IMG/VR virus record: IMGVR_UViG_3300027972_000016
Location: 1-52,534 of that record
Origin: a virus
Taxonomy: Duplodnaviria; Caudoviricetes
Direction: 5' to 3' (one strand)
DNA length: 52,534 nt
Shown here: in pieces, positions 19,506-28,876 of the stretch
Position numbering within the stretch: the stretch's first letter is position 1
Layout: every line of letters begins with the position of its first letter
Position numbers and translations under genes: made by a program
Notes under the pieces: model-generated
The model's database searches: none
Told to the model about the DNA's origin: nothing
The model's input: the letters and a program-made list of their open reading frames with translations, nothing else

Positions 19506-19880
19506 ATGAAAAAGTGTATGAAATGTGGTGGTGCTAAAATGAAAAAAGGCGGTTCTACAATGAAAACAACTGTAGGATCTTCTACACCAAAAGGTCAAAT
19601 ATATGGTATTCCTAATGGTGGTCCAACAGGACCAAACTTACAAGGAATTGATACTATGAAAAAAGGTGGTTCTAAAGTAACTGCTGTTAAGGTTGGTTGC
19701 CCTCCAGGAACAGTTAGATCTGAATCAGGTGGATGTGTATCACAAAGACCAAGTCCTTTTTCTAAAATGAAAAAAGGTGGGTTTCCAGATTTAAATAAAG
19801 ATGGTAAAATTACCAAAGCTGATATCTTAAAAGGTAGAGGTGTTATTAAGAAAATGGGTGGTACAACTAAAAAGAAATAG
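19506..19880 (+). CDS. Small basic protein with multiple MKKGG motifs
   Basis: MKCGG, MKKGG x3 and KKMGG, plus an EF-hand-like FPDLNKDGKITKAD segment. Confidence 0.7.
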   Translation: MKKCMKCGGAKMKKGGSTMKTTVGSSTPKGQIYGIPNGGPTGPNLQGIDTMKKGGSKVTAVKVGCPPGTVRSESGGCVSQRPSPFSKMKKGGFPDLNKDGKITKADILKGRGVIKKMGGTTKKK

Positions 19881-19882
19881 TC

Positions 19883-20029
19883 ATGCCAGCTAAGAAAGAT
19901 AAAAAGTGGATACAAAAAGCAGTTAATCCTGAACACAAAGGATATTGTACTCCAATGACTAAACCTACTTGTACACCAAAACGCAAAGCTCTAGCTAAAA
20001 CTTTTAAAAAAATGGCTAAAAATAAATAA
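19883..20029 (+). CDS. Small basic protein (48 aa; not in ORF track)
   Basis: MPAKKDKKWIQKAVNPEHKGYCTPMTKPTCTPKRKALAKTFKKMAKNK*, with 2-nt spacing to both neighbours. Confidence 0.7.
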   Translation: MPAKKDKKWIQKAVNPEHKGYCTPMTKPTCTPKRKALAKTFKKMAKNK

Positions 20030-20031
20030 TT

Positions 20032-20484
20032 ATGAAAAAAACAGATAAAGTTAATCCGTTAATAGCTTTTAGAAAAGCTAATGAAGCTAGACAAGCTGAA
20101 GTAAAAAAGTCAATAAAAAAATATCTGGATGGTGGAACACCTACTCCTTTTCAATCTTATATGAAAACTAAAGGAGCTAAAGCATCTGATACAACTGCTA
20201 CTGACCAAATAGCTGCCAAAGCAAAAGTAAAAGATAAACCTATTTTAAATAAAGCTTATGAATTAACTTATGGGCAAGATTTTAAAAATAGAGAAGTGGG
20301 AATGAAAAAAGAATACACACCAGATGGCCGTATAAAAATAAATGGTAAATTTCCTATTGATAATACAAGAGGAATGCATTCTGGATATTCTGATAAAACT
20401 AATGCATATAGAAAAGAATTTGAAAGTGATGTAGCAAAAAATAAAAAGACTGCTAAATCTAGTGCTGTAAAAAGAAAAAAATAA
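20032..20484 (+). CDS. Basic hypothetical protein
   Basis: 150 aa, Lys-rich, containing KKYLDGG. Confidence 0.65.
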   Translation: MKKTDKVNPLIAFRKANEARQAEVKKSIKKYLDGGTPTPFQSYMKTKGAKASDTTATDQIAAKAKVKDKPILNKAYELTYGQDFKNREVGMKKEYTPDGRIKINGKFPIDNTRGMHSGYSDKTNAYRKEFESDVAKNKKTAKSSAVKRKK

Positions 20485-20490
20485 TAGACT

Positions 20491-21189
20491 ATGTTAAACA
20501 GTGCAATTGAAATAAAAATGAAACAAAGGCTGAACAAATTGGACAGCCAAGATTATGACAACATTTATTGTTGGCAGATTGTTGAATCTTTTAATAAAGC
20601 TCAGGTAGAATGGGTTAGAAGACAATTGCATGGAACTAACATTGTTAAAGAAGGTGATGAGCAGTCTACAAGAAGGAAAGATGATTTACAAGCTTTATTA
20701 GTTACACAACCTATATCTGTTACAGATAAAGAATATTATTACAAAGGTAATCTACCTAGTAATTATTTACAATGGAAAAGAGTAGATGTGTATGCTAATA
20801 AAGGTTGTTGTGATAAAAGAAGAATGACTGTATATCTTGCAGAAGAAGGTAATCTTAATCAACTTCTCAGAGATAAATCTAAACAGCCAAACTTTGAATG
20901 GGCAGAAACATTTGTTACATTAATAGATAATACAATACATGTATATACTAATAATGAATTTGATATTGCTGAAACATCTTTAGTTTACTATAGACAGCCT
21001 GTAAAAATTCAAATAGAAAATTGTTCAGATCCTTACACGGGTGTTATTTCTACCTCAGATGTCCAATGTGAATTAAAAGATGATATAATAGAATTAATAA
21101 TAGATGAAGCTGTAGCAATACTTGCTGGAGATATTGAATCAGGAAATCAATACTCAAGGAATTCTGAAGGAGCTGAACGTAACAACTAA
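20491..21189 (+). CDS. Tail ring / head-tail adaptor protein
   Basis: LNKLDSQ...FNKAQVEWV...LPSNYL...YYRQPVKI...CEL...IIDEAV pattern and position match crAss-like ring proteins (recalled). Confidence 0.65.
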   Translation: MLNSAIEIKMKQRLNKLDSQDYDNIYCWQIVESFNKAQVEWVRRQLHGTNIVKEGDEQSTRRKDDLQALLVTQPISVTDKEYYYKGNLPSNYLQWKRVDVYANKGCCDKRRMTVYLAEEGNLNQLLRDKSKQPNFEWAETFVTLIDNTIHVYTNNEFDIAETSLVYYRQPVKIQIENCSDPYTGVISTSDVQCELKDDIIELIIDEAVAILAGDIESGNQYSRNSEGAERNN

Positions 21190-21197
21190 TATATAAA

Positions 21198-21716
21198 ATG
21201 GAATCTAAACCTAGAATGTTAAAAAGAAATTTTGAATCTGAAAAACCAATTAGCAGACCAGAATCTATAACTACTCAATCAAAAAATGAAGTTGTCAAAC
21301 CAGAGTCTGCATCAAATACAGGAATTGGCGGAAGCTCTTTAGATAATATGGTAGCAGCATGTGCATCAGACTTAATGAATGCAAGAACAAGTTTTCACAA
21401 ACTGCATCTTAAGATAACAGGAGAAGGTTCTTTTGCAGCACACAAAGCACTTAATGAATTATATGATGCATTACCTGATCATGCAGATTCATTATTAGAA
21501 GGATATCAAGGTGCTTCAGAAAAAATATTAAAATATTCTGAGGTTCCTCCAAGAACTTTAGATACTGTAGCTGATGGTATTTTTTATTTAAGAGATATTT
21601 ATGCTATGATAAATAAATTACAAGGTATGTTATCTTATTCTGAAATTGTAAATGAACTAGACAATGTGAAGTCTACACTTAATTCTGCAAAATATAAATT
21701 ACTTTTCTTAAAATAA
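21198..21716 (+). CDS. Ferritin/Dps-like four-helix-bundle protein
   Basis: FHKLHLKITG..SFAAHKALNELYD...HADSLLEGYQG matches the Dps/ferritin-like HxxH...H..L.E.Y...D..E pattern. Confidence 0.7.
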   Translation: MESKPRMLKRNFESEKPISRPESITTQSKNEVVKPESASNTGIGGSSLDNMVAACASDLMNARTSFHKLHLKITGEGSFAAHKALNELYDALPDHADSLLEGYQGASEKILKYSEVPPRTLDTVADGIFYLRDIYAMINKLQGMLSYSEIVNELDNVKSTLNSAKYKLLFLK

Positions 21717-21783
21717 TTTTGAAAATTCAAAAACATTTACTATATTATATAGTATTTATTTATTAACTAAAAACAAAAAAACA

Positions 21784-23418
21784 ATGAGTTATTTTAATCA
21801 TGCGTTTCAAAAGTCCTTTGTAGGAGTTAACGCGGCAAACCCAATGGGTCAAGGTTATACCCAATTAAACTTAGGTGTTCTTGGTACACCAGGAAACATT
21901 TTAGAAACTGGGCAGTATGCTTTTGTTAATGCAAAAACTTGGAAAGTTGTTGCTAAAACTGCTTATTCAAGTATAGGATGTTGTAATCTTATCCTAGCTT
22001 CAGGATCTCTTTATGCTAATGACAAAATTGGTCCATTCCACGGAGGATACAAAGAGTCTAATAAATCAAAAGAGATTAATCCTAAATATGTAAACAAATT
22101 TTATTTTGCTCCAGCTTGTGGTGCTCAAAGTAATGTTATACATGTTGGATATACTCCATACACTGATGACCAAGTATTAACAATTACTGCTCCTTTTACA
22201 AATGCTGGAGCTAATATTGCTGATGGTACTTATACTGATATCAATTTTGGTACTACTGGTACAGGAGTTGGTTTTAAAGCAACTTTAACTGTATCTGGTA
22301 ATGTTGTTACTACAATTACAATTACTAATGCAGGTACTGGTTATACAGCTAGTGATGCGCTTAATTTTATTGGAGTTGATGCTCCAGAAACAGCAGCTTT
22401 AGAATCTCAATTAATTGCTGATGATGGTACTATAGCTATAACATTCCCTGTATTTACTATTGCTACTGTAGGTGCAAAAGAAGGTTGTAAAAAAGATTTC
22501 TTATGTGGTGAAACTTATAACTTACGTTTAGATATTAAAGGTTCTCCTGCATTAAGATTCTTAAATCACAATGCTTACTTAACAGTTAGTGCTTACACTG
22601 GATGTTGTCCAGAAGGAACTATTGTTCCAGTTCCTGTTGATAGTACTTTGGTAATGATTGATTGGGCTTCTCAAATTGTTAACTCTCCATTAATCTCTCC
22701 ATTTGTATTACCAGTTGTTGTTGCTGAAGATAATTCATTATGGTATAAACCAGGTACTAATACTGCTGGATATGTTGCTCCTGTAGGTTACACTATTGGT
22801 GGTACTTGGGATTATTATGTATCTGCTGGTCACACAGTAGGTGAATATGCTGGTCTAGTATTATTTGGTGCTTATGTAGATACTAAATTTGGAGATTGTA
22901 CTTTCCAAGTATCTGATTTCTATGAAAAAGAACCTGTAAGACTTTATGCTTCTGAAACAGATTTAAATGGTGACCCATGTGCATTCAATGGTATATGTGT
23001 TGTTACTGAGTGTCAAGGTAGACAAGCTACTGGTTTAGGTGAAACTGTTTTGAGAGATGTTATTCTTTCTGAGCGTTACAACCAAAACTTCTTCCATTCT
23101 GATTTCAGGATCAGGGAGATTACTCAAGGTAACCAAATCCTAGAAGCTATCAGTAGAAATGCAAGTTATAACAAGTTCTACATTCAACATAATGTACCTC
23201 GTTTCAATAACCCAACTAGTACTTTTGATAATGATCAATATTTATTAGAAGTTATTGTTGCAAGTGATGTTACTCCAGAAAGTGGTGACGGTTTAGCTTT
23301 CACAACTTTTGTTCTTGGATGGTTAGAGGGTTGTAATTCATTCTGTGGTGGTTTAGAAACATTTGATTGTGTTACTGAATGTGAGCCAGTAGTTCCAATT
23401 GCAGCAGCAATACTTTAA
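21784..23418 (+). CDS. Abundant virion structural protein; probably auxiliary capsid protein with an inserted beta-sandwich domain
   Basis: 544 aa with its own promoter-like motif and terminator, in a syntenic position. Insert TGVGFKATLTVSGNVVTTITITNAGTGY resembles repeats of phage structural proteins. Confidence 0.5.
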   Translation: MSYFNHAFQKSFVGVNAANPMGQGYTQLNLGVLGTPGNILETGQYAFVNAKTWKVVAKTAYSSIGCCNLILASGSLYANDKIGPFHGGYKESNKSKEINPKYVNKFYFAPACGAQSNVIHVGYTPYTDDQVLTITAPFTNAGANIADGTYTDINFGTTGTGVGFKATLTVSGNVVTTITITNAGTGYTASDALNFIGVDAPETAALESQLIADDGTIAITFPVFTIATVGAKEGCKKDFLCGETYNLRLDIKGSPALRFLNHNAYLTVSAYTGCCPEGTIVPVPVDSTLVMIDWASQIVNSPLISPFVLPVVVAEDNSLWYKPGTNTAGYVAPVGYTIGGTWDYYVSAGHTVGEYAGLVLFGAYVDTKFGDCTFQVSDFYEKEPVRLYASETDLNGDPCAFNGICVVTECQGRQATGLGETVLRDVILSERYNQNFFHSDFRIREITQGNQILEAISRNASYNKFYIQHNVPRFNNPTSTFDNDQYLLEVIVASDVTPESGDGLAFTTFVLGWLEGCNSFCGGLETFDCVTECEPVVPIAAAIL

Positions 23419-23439
23419 TAATACTTTAAAAATAACTAT

Positions 23440-23478
23440 AAAGGAGAGTGAGAGTTTCAAACTCTTCTCTCCTTTTTT
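23440..23478 (+). terminator. Rho-independent terminator
   Basis: AAGGAGAG(TG)AGAGTT-TCA-AACTCT(T)CTCTCCTT followed by TTTT. Confidence 0.8.
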
Positions 23479-23490
23479 ATTTAAATAGAT

Positions 23491-24060
23491 ATGGCAAATC
23501 ATGTATTAAGTTTAGAGATACCTACTGTATTAAATTCTTGTATTTTAAAGATATTAGATACAAGTGTTTATCAAACAAGTTCTCCTAGTATACCAATTGT
23601 ATGTCCAACATTATCTATAACTGCTCCAGGTTTTACAACTAGTGTAGAAATAGCTGGTACCAGGATGACAGATTTTGTTGATTACGGCCATATTACAATC
23701 ACAGCTTGTGATTTAGGTTTACAGTCAACAAATTGTGGAACATCTTACTATGATATACCAGATGGAATTTACATTGTTAAATACAGTGTATCTCCAAATA
23801 CTCAAGTATATGTAGAATATAACTATATGAGAATCACTAAAGCCCTGATCAGATATAATAAAATATTATGTGATGTTGATGTTGCTGCTTGTGATCCTCC
23901 TTACAAAATAAAAGAAAAGTTAGAAAGCTTAAGAATGATAAGAATGTATCTTGATGCTGCAAAAGCAAAAGTAGAATTTTGTCATGAGCCTCAAAAAGGT
24001 ATGAGTTTATATAACTATGCAATGAAACTTTTAAGTAAATTTGAGTGTTCAAATTGTTAA
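23491..24060 (+). CDS. Structural protein, candidate tail hub/collar subunit
   Basis: 189 aa with an IPDGIYIVKYSV motif and a helical Cys-containing C-terminus. The call rests on position in the tail module. Confidence 0.45.
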   Translation: MANHVLSLEIPTVLNSCILKILDTSVYQTSSPSIPIVCPTLSITAPGFTTSVEIAGTRMTDFVDYGHITITACDLGLQSTNCGTSYYDIPDGIYIVKYSVSPNTQVYVEYNYMRITKALIRYNKILCDVDVAACDPPYKIKEKLESLRMIRMYLDAAKAKVEFCHEPQKGMSLYNYAMKLLSKFECSNC

Positions 24061-24078
24061 ACTTAAAAACCAACAACT

Positions 24079-24273
24079 ATGTCAACATGTTCAAATTGCA
24101 AAGGTAGAATGTCTTGCGGATGTCAAAGAAGGACAGCAAGCAATGGTGTTCAATGTTGTTCTTCCTGTGTTAAAGGATATGAGCAATCATTAAAAAAAGA
24201 TAAACAAGGTACAGAACTTTTAAATACTGTATCAAAAACTATTTGGGGAAAGAATAGATTTACAAATAAATAA
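24079..24273 (+). CDS. Small Cys-rich (metal-binding) protein
   Basis: CSNC...CGC...CCSSC within 64 aa. The leader contains AACCAACAA. Confidence 0.6.
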   Translation: MSTCSNCKGRMSCGCQRRTASNGVQCCSSCVKGYEQSLKKDKQGTELLNTVSKTIWGKNRFTNK

Positions 24274-24282
24274 CTTACTTAT

Positions 24283-25809
24283 ATGTTGTATGAAGTAACA
24301 GAATCAGAATTATATACTACACCATGTTATAGATTATATAACTGTTTTGATCAGTCAGAAATATATGCATCTAATACAGATTTTAGTTCAAGAGTAGGAG
24401 ATTTTGTTACTTTAGTTGACATACCAGGATGCTGGTATGTATCATTAACTAATCCATGTCAAAATCCAGAAACTGTTGAAATAGCAGAATCAGAATGCTC
24501 ATGTGATTTAAAATGTTATACAATAGGTGGATTTGGTACAGTTACTTATGTTAATGATGAAGGAACCTTAAGTACTGTTTCTGCTCCTGCTAGAATATGT
24601 TCATTAATCTATCCTAGAGTTTCAGGAAGTGTAAACAACTATATAGTAATAGATGAAGGAGAATGTGGAGAAACTGGTTGTCCTCCATTATGTTTTTTAC
24701 TAACTAACTGTGAAACTGAAGAAACTAAAATTTCTAATTCACAAAGTTTATTATCTGCATATGCATTTGGTCAAACAGTTACATTAGCTGGATTTAATGG
24801 ATGCTGGCAAGTTTCAGAAGCAGTAACTTGTGATTGCGCAATAAGTGTAACATTACAATTAGTAAAACAAAGTTGTGAAGACTGTTTACCAACAATTGCA
24901 TATAAGTTAACTAACTGTTTAAATCCTAGTAATATAATATATAGTGTACAACCAAATTTAAGTACACATGTAGGTAAAACAGTACAAATAGAATGCGGTG
25001 TTGAAGAAAGTTTTTGTTGGAATGTAACATTAATAGATTATACACCACCTGCAGACCCTCAAGTTGTAGATATATTAAATTCTTTTGAAAACTGTTATGA
25101 GTGTTCAAGAACTTATTATAAACTTACAGACTGTGAAGGTGAACTTGATCCTATTTATACATATTTTAATTTATCATCTTTCTTAGATAAAGTAATTAAA
25201 ATAAATGATTGTCCTACATGTTGGACAGTTGAAGTTACTACAGAACATTTAAATGCAACTAATATAACTGTAGCAGCATCATTTACTAATTGTATTACTT
25301 GTAGTGTAATTGAAACATGTACATGTACAAGAATTACTAATTATGCTACTGGTATAAGAGCATATATATATATTGATTGTTCAGGTAGTGTACAAAACTT
25401 TTCACTGGATCCAAAAGAAACTAAGAAAAAGTTTTGTGTAGGAAGATGGATTACAAGATATCCTACTACAGATAACTTAGAAGAGTTTGGAGATTGTATA
25501 GATAATGAACAAACTAAAATATGTCCACCAGATCCAACTGGAAGACAAGTTAGACCAGGTTATACTACTCCTTCATGTAATCCAGAACAATTTGAAAACA
25601 TAACTTGTAGAGCATCAGAAATACTATACAAAACTGTTCTTCAACAAAGATATGGTATAAGTAACTGTTGTCCTGAAGAAGATGATAAATGGTTAATTAA
25701 AAAAGAATTAATTGATTTAGCAGCATTAGAAGATAGTAACTATATATGTACAGTTGTTAATCCTTGTTGTGCACCATCAACTTGTGGATGTTCAAGTTGT
25801 AATTCTTAA
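24283..25809 (+). CDS. Cys-rich repeat structural protein
   Basis: About four to five repeats of (Y/F)xLxNC...S..VG..V....CWxV...C..C. The C-terminus has RYGISNCC...WLIKKELIDL. Confidence 0.6.
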   Translation: MLYEVTESELYTTPCYRLYNCFDQSEIYASNTDFSSRVGDFVTLVDIPGCWYVSLTNPCQNPETVEIAESECSCDLKCYTIGGFGTVTYVNDEGTLSTVSAPARICSLIYPRVSGSVNNYIVIDEGECGETGCPPLCFLLTNCETEETKISNSQSLLSAYAFGQTVTLAGFNGCWQVSEAVTCDCAISVTLQLVKQSCEDCLPTIAYKLTNCLNPSNIIYSVQPNLSTHVGKTVQIECGVEESFCWNVTLIDYTPPADPQVVDILNSFENCYECSRTYYKLTDCEGELDPIYTYFNLSSFLDKVIKINDCPTCWTVEVTTEHLNATNITVAASFTNCITCSVIETCTCTRITNYATGIRAYIYIDCSGSVQNFSLDPKETKKKFCVGRWITRYPTTDNLEEFGDCIDNEQTKICPPDPTGRQVRPGYTTPSCNPEQFENITCRASEILYKTVLQQRYGISNCCPEEDDKWLIKKELIDLAALEDSNYICTVVNPCCAPSTCGCSSCNS

Positions 25810-25844
25810 GAATATTTTGTATATTATATAATATAAGTAAAGAT

Positions 25845-26870
25845 ATGAAACCTTTAAATTTAGATAATAGTCCATGTAGTCCAACCTCAAGTAACTGTGT
25901 TATTTGGCAAGGACCGGATTTAGTATGTATTAATCTTTGTACAGGAGATACTGTTTCAGATGTGATAGCTAAATTAGCTACAGAATTATGTACAATAATG
26001 GAACAACTAAAAATTAGCAATTATTTAGATAGTTTAAGTTGTTTTAATTTACAAGTATGTCCTCCTTCAGATTTTAAAGCATTGATTCAATTCTTAATTG
26101 AAAAAATCTGTGAATCAGAAGGTCTACCTGTTGTACCATCTGGTATTGCTACTACTGGAAACTGTCCTGATTGTGTAGTAAATGTTGCTCCTTGTTTTGT
26201 AGTAGGAAGTCAAACTACTATGCAGTTAACAGAATATGTTAATCAAATAGGAAATAGAATATGTGAAATTTTTTCTCAGATTAATGTTCTTACAACTGCA
26301 GTAAATGAATTAGATATCAGAGTTACCAATTTAGAAAATACACCAGCTCCAGTATCTATAATACCAAGTATACTAGTAAATTGTACATTAGATAATGCTA
26401 CAATTATTGGTGGAAATGTATATCCTATTAATGATGTCTTAGCTGCATTAGTTAATAATGGAGATCATGGTTATTGTTCTTTATTATCAGCTCTTGGTCA
26501 ACCGGTAGATATTTTAGCAGCAGCAGCTTCTGCATGTATATCAAGTACAGATATATCTTTAGCTGATTCACCTAATGCAATGTCAACAGCATATCCAAGT
26601 TGGATAACTTCACCGTTTACATTAAGTGATACTGTAAATAATTTGTGGTTATCTGTTTGTGACATATATACTTTTTTATCTACATCAACTACATTTGGAA
26701 AAGATGGTAGAGGGGTAGCAGTATTTGTTGGAGGAAGCTACGGAGCTCCTGGACCAACTAATACTAATTTAGCTACTGATTATGCATTAGTACCAGGATT
26801 TGGAGTAAATGCCTTACCAGGAGCTTTAACATTAAAAGCAGGAGATATCTGGATTAGAGTTTGTCCTTAA
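25845..26870 (+). CDS. Cys-rich fibre-like structural protein
   Basis: The N-terminal CVIWQGPDLVC...GDTVSDVIAKLATELC is related to the N-termini of 28873 and 29446. Contains a coiled-coil segment and ends with GDIWI. Confidence 0.55.
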   Translation: MKPLNLDNSPCSPTSSNCVIWQGPDLVCINLCTGDTVSDVIAKLATELCTIMEQLKISNYLDSLSCFNLQVCPPSDFKALIQFLIEKICESEGLPVVPSGIATTGNCPDCVVNVAPCFVVGSQTTMQLTEYVNQIGNRICEIFSQINVLTTAVNELDIRVTNLENTPAPVSIIPSILVNCTLDNATIIGGNVYPINDVLAALVNNGDHGYCSLLSALGQPVDILAAAASACISSTDISLADSPNAMSTAYPSWITSPFTLSDTVNNLWLSVCDIYTFLSTSTTFGKDGRGVAVFVGGSYGAPGPTNTNLATDYALVPGFGVNALPGALTLKAGDIWIRVCP

Positions 26871-26883
26871 TTAATTAACTTAT

Positions 26884-27774
26884 ATGGAAAGATATAGAGT
26901 ATTTGACGGAACCAATTGGAGAAGTATTTGTGGTTGCGGCTATCATGTAAGAGATACATCAGGAAACTGGAAGTTAGTTGATCCTGATAATTGTGATGTA
27001 AGATATTACAATGAAGGAACCTGGAAGCAGATTAACTGTTGTTATGAAACTTTACTTACTTCATGTGAATCTAGTGCTGTATATTGTAGTAGTACAAAGT
27101 TACTTGTAGAAGTAGCTCTTCCTGTTATGTTAAATGATAGAGTAACTGATGTTCCTTCTTGTAACTTATTAGACTCATATCCTTGTGAGGATCCTGTATA
27201 TCAGGCAAATTATTTAACTTGGAGAGTTAATAGAGATACTTTTCTTAGCCGTCAAGGTCAAAATTTTCAAGCTACATTAGTTGGTCTACCTGCTCCATAT
27301 GTATTAAACTATGCAGATGGCCAAACTAGTATATATATGCCATATGTTTGTACATTAAAAAAAGTAAACATATCAGCATGGTGTCCAGCAAGTACATATC
27401 CTGAATGGACAGTACCTGATCCAGTTACTTTATTAAGTCCTGATGATGTAATGCCTTCAGTATATAATTTTACATTTTTACCATCTGTAACAAGTATTGG
27501 TGACTTACCACCTTTTGGTTCACCAGGACAAGCTATATATGTTGTAGATCCTACTCCTGTAGCTTATGCATGGGATCAGAGTACATTATCTTGGTCAACA
27601 ACTTTTTATAATACATATTTTGATCCTATTCAGATAATAAGGATGAGTACATTTAATGCAAACTATGGAAAAAAAATAGGTCTATTTCAAGCATGGGGAG
27701 TTTATCTTTATTCTAATAATTATATACCATTTCATTTGTTAAAGAAAAAAACAATTGAAGCACCATGTTCATAA
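26884..27774 (+). CDS. Hypothetical structural protein, paralogue of the C-terminal half of 29446..30714
   Basis: Shares CPASTY..WT.PD, P.V.N.T.L..V...G.LP...PG.AI and Y.WD..L..WS...Y..YF with 29446..30714. Confidence 0.65.
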   Translation: MERYRVFDGTNWRSICGCGYHVRDTSGNWKLVDPDNCDVRYYNEGTWKQINCCYETLLTSCESSAVYCSSTKLLVEVALPVMLNDRVTDVPSCNLLDSYPCEDPVYQANYLTWRVNRDTFLSRQGQNFQATLVGLPAPYVLNYADGQTSIYMPYVCTLKKVNISAWCPASTYPEWTVPDPVTLLSPDDVMPSVYNFTFLPSVTSIGDLPPFGSPGQAIYVVDPTPVAYAWDQSTLSWSTTFYNTYFDPIQIIRMSTFNANYGKKIGLFQAWGVYLYSNNYIPFHLLKKKTIEAPCS

Positions 27775-27788
27775 ATTTAAAATGTATA
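27772..27788. promoter_or_regulatory. Degenerate TAAAC-N7-GTTTA box
   Basis: TAAAT-TTAAAAT-GTATA, one mismatch from the 5883-5899 box. Confidence 0.35.
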
Positions 27789-27792
27789 ATAT

Positions 27793-28308
27793 ATGTTATT
27801 TGATATAGAAGATTATTGTCTTTGTGGGTACATGGGAACAGGTGCTAATCCAGCATGGGAAGTATTTGATATGGAATGTCCTGGATATAATTTTTGTGAT
27901 TTGAGTGATGCAGCTAGTGTTTTTAGAGCTGTTGGTGATGCTTTTAGAAATGCTTTAATTGATTATATTGGAGTAGCTGGTGCTGTGTTAGGTGATGATA
28001 ACTACGGTGTTACAAATTTACCATGTAATAATGCTGTATGTTCACCAGGACCAATTGTAGATACAGGTTTAGCTGTACCAAATAAATATACACCAGCAGG
28101 ATTTAATAATTTTTATAATTTATATTTTGATCATAGAGCTAAAGTAAATGCATTACTAGATCATTTAATTGATATTCAAGGAGATCCTACTATTCAATTT
28201 AATCAGGCCTTTTATGATGATATGATTACTGCATTTAATTTAATGATGTGTGGATTTAAAGACTTGATGAAAATATTGGATGATGATGACTTTATAAATT
28301 ATTTCTAA
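27793..28308 (+). CDS. Acidic hypothetical protein
   Basis: 171-aa ORF following 26884..27774. Confidence 0.65.
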   Translation: MLFDIEDYCLCGYMGTGANPAWEVFDMECPGYNFCDLSDAASVFRAVGDAFRNALIDYIGVAGAVLGDDNYGVTNLPCNNAVCSPGPIVDTGLAVPNKYTPAGFNNFYNLYFDHRAKVNALLDHLIDIQGDPTIQFNQAFYDDMITAFNLMMCGFKDLMKILDDDDFINYF

Positions 28309-28309
28309 T

Positions 28310-28876
28310 ATGAAAGGTTTATCAGAGTTTATAAATAATATTACTGAATCTAAACCTTTTTTACCAAAAGGCTTAATAAAGGATTTAGAGAGCTTTATTA
28401 TAAATTCTGGTTGTACTACTATAAGGTTTGAAGATATGTCATCTAAGGCCTTAGGATTATCAAATTATGATGAATGTATCTTAGGATACAAATTATTAAA
28501 GTTACAGTTTGAATATGTTCTTTATATAGTAATGCATGAAGTGGTACATCAGTATCAGTATAAGAAATATGGTAAGGATGTAGCATTAGAAGTATATAAA
28601 TCTAATATTAGTTTAGATAAAGCTGTAGATAAGTTATTGTATTTAGAAAAGACTGCTGATAGATTATCTATTGCTAAATTAAAACAACTGTTAAAGAAAC
28701 ATAGAGTACCATCTAATGTGGTAATAAGACCAAGATACTTAGAAGTAACAGATACTAATTATTTTGAAAAATATGTTACTGAGGTAAGAAGAGAAGTAGT
28801 AAAGAATAATTACACAACTATTGAAGATATTAATAGTTACATGTATAACAGAATTAAAAAAGTTGAACTAGTATGA
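28310..28876 (+). CDS. Putative zinc metallopeptidase (HExxH)
   Basis: YVLYIVMHEVVHQYQY followed by LEKTAD, which may supply a third Glu ligand. Confidence 0.65.
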   Translation: MKGLSEFINNITESKPFLPKGLIKDLESFIINSGCTTIRFEDMSSKALGLSNYDECILGYKLLKLQFEYVLYIVMHEVVHQYQYKKYGKDVALEVYKSNISLDKAVDKLLYLEKTADRLSIAKLKQLLKKHRVPSNVVIRPRYLEVTDTNYFEKYVTEVRREVVKNNYTTIEDINSYMYNRIKKVELV

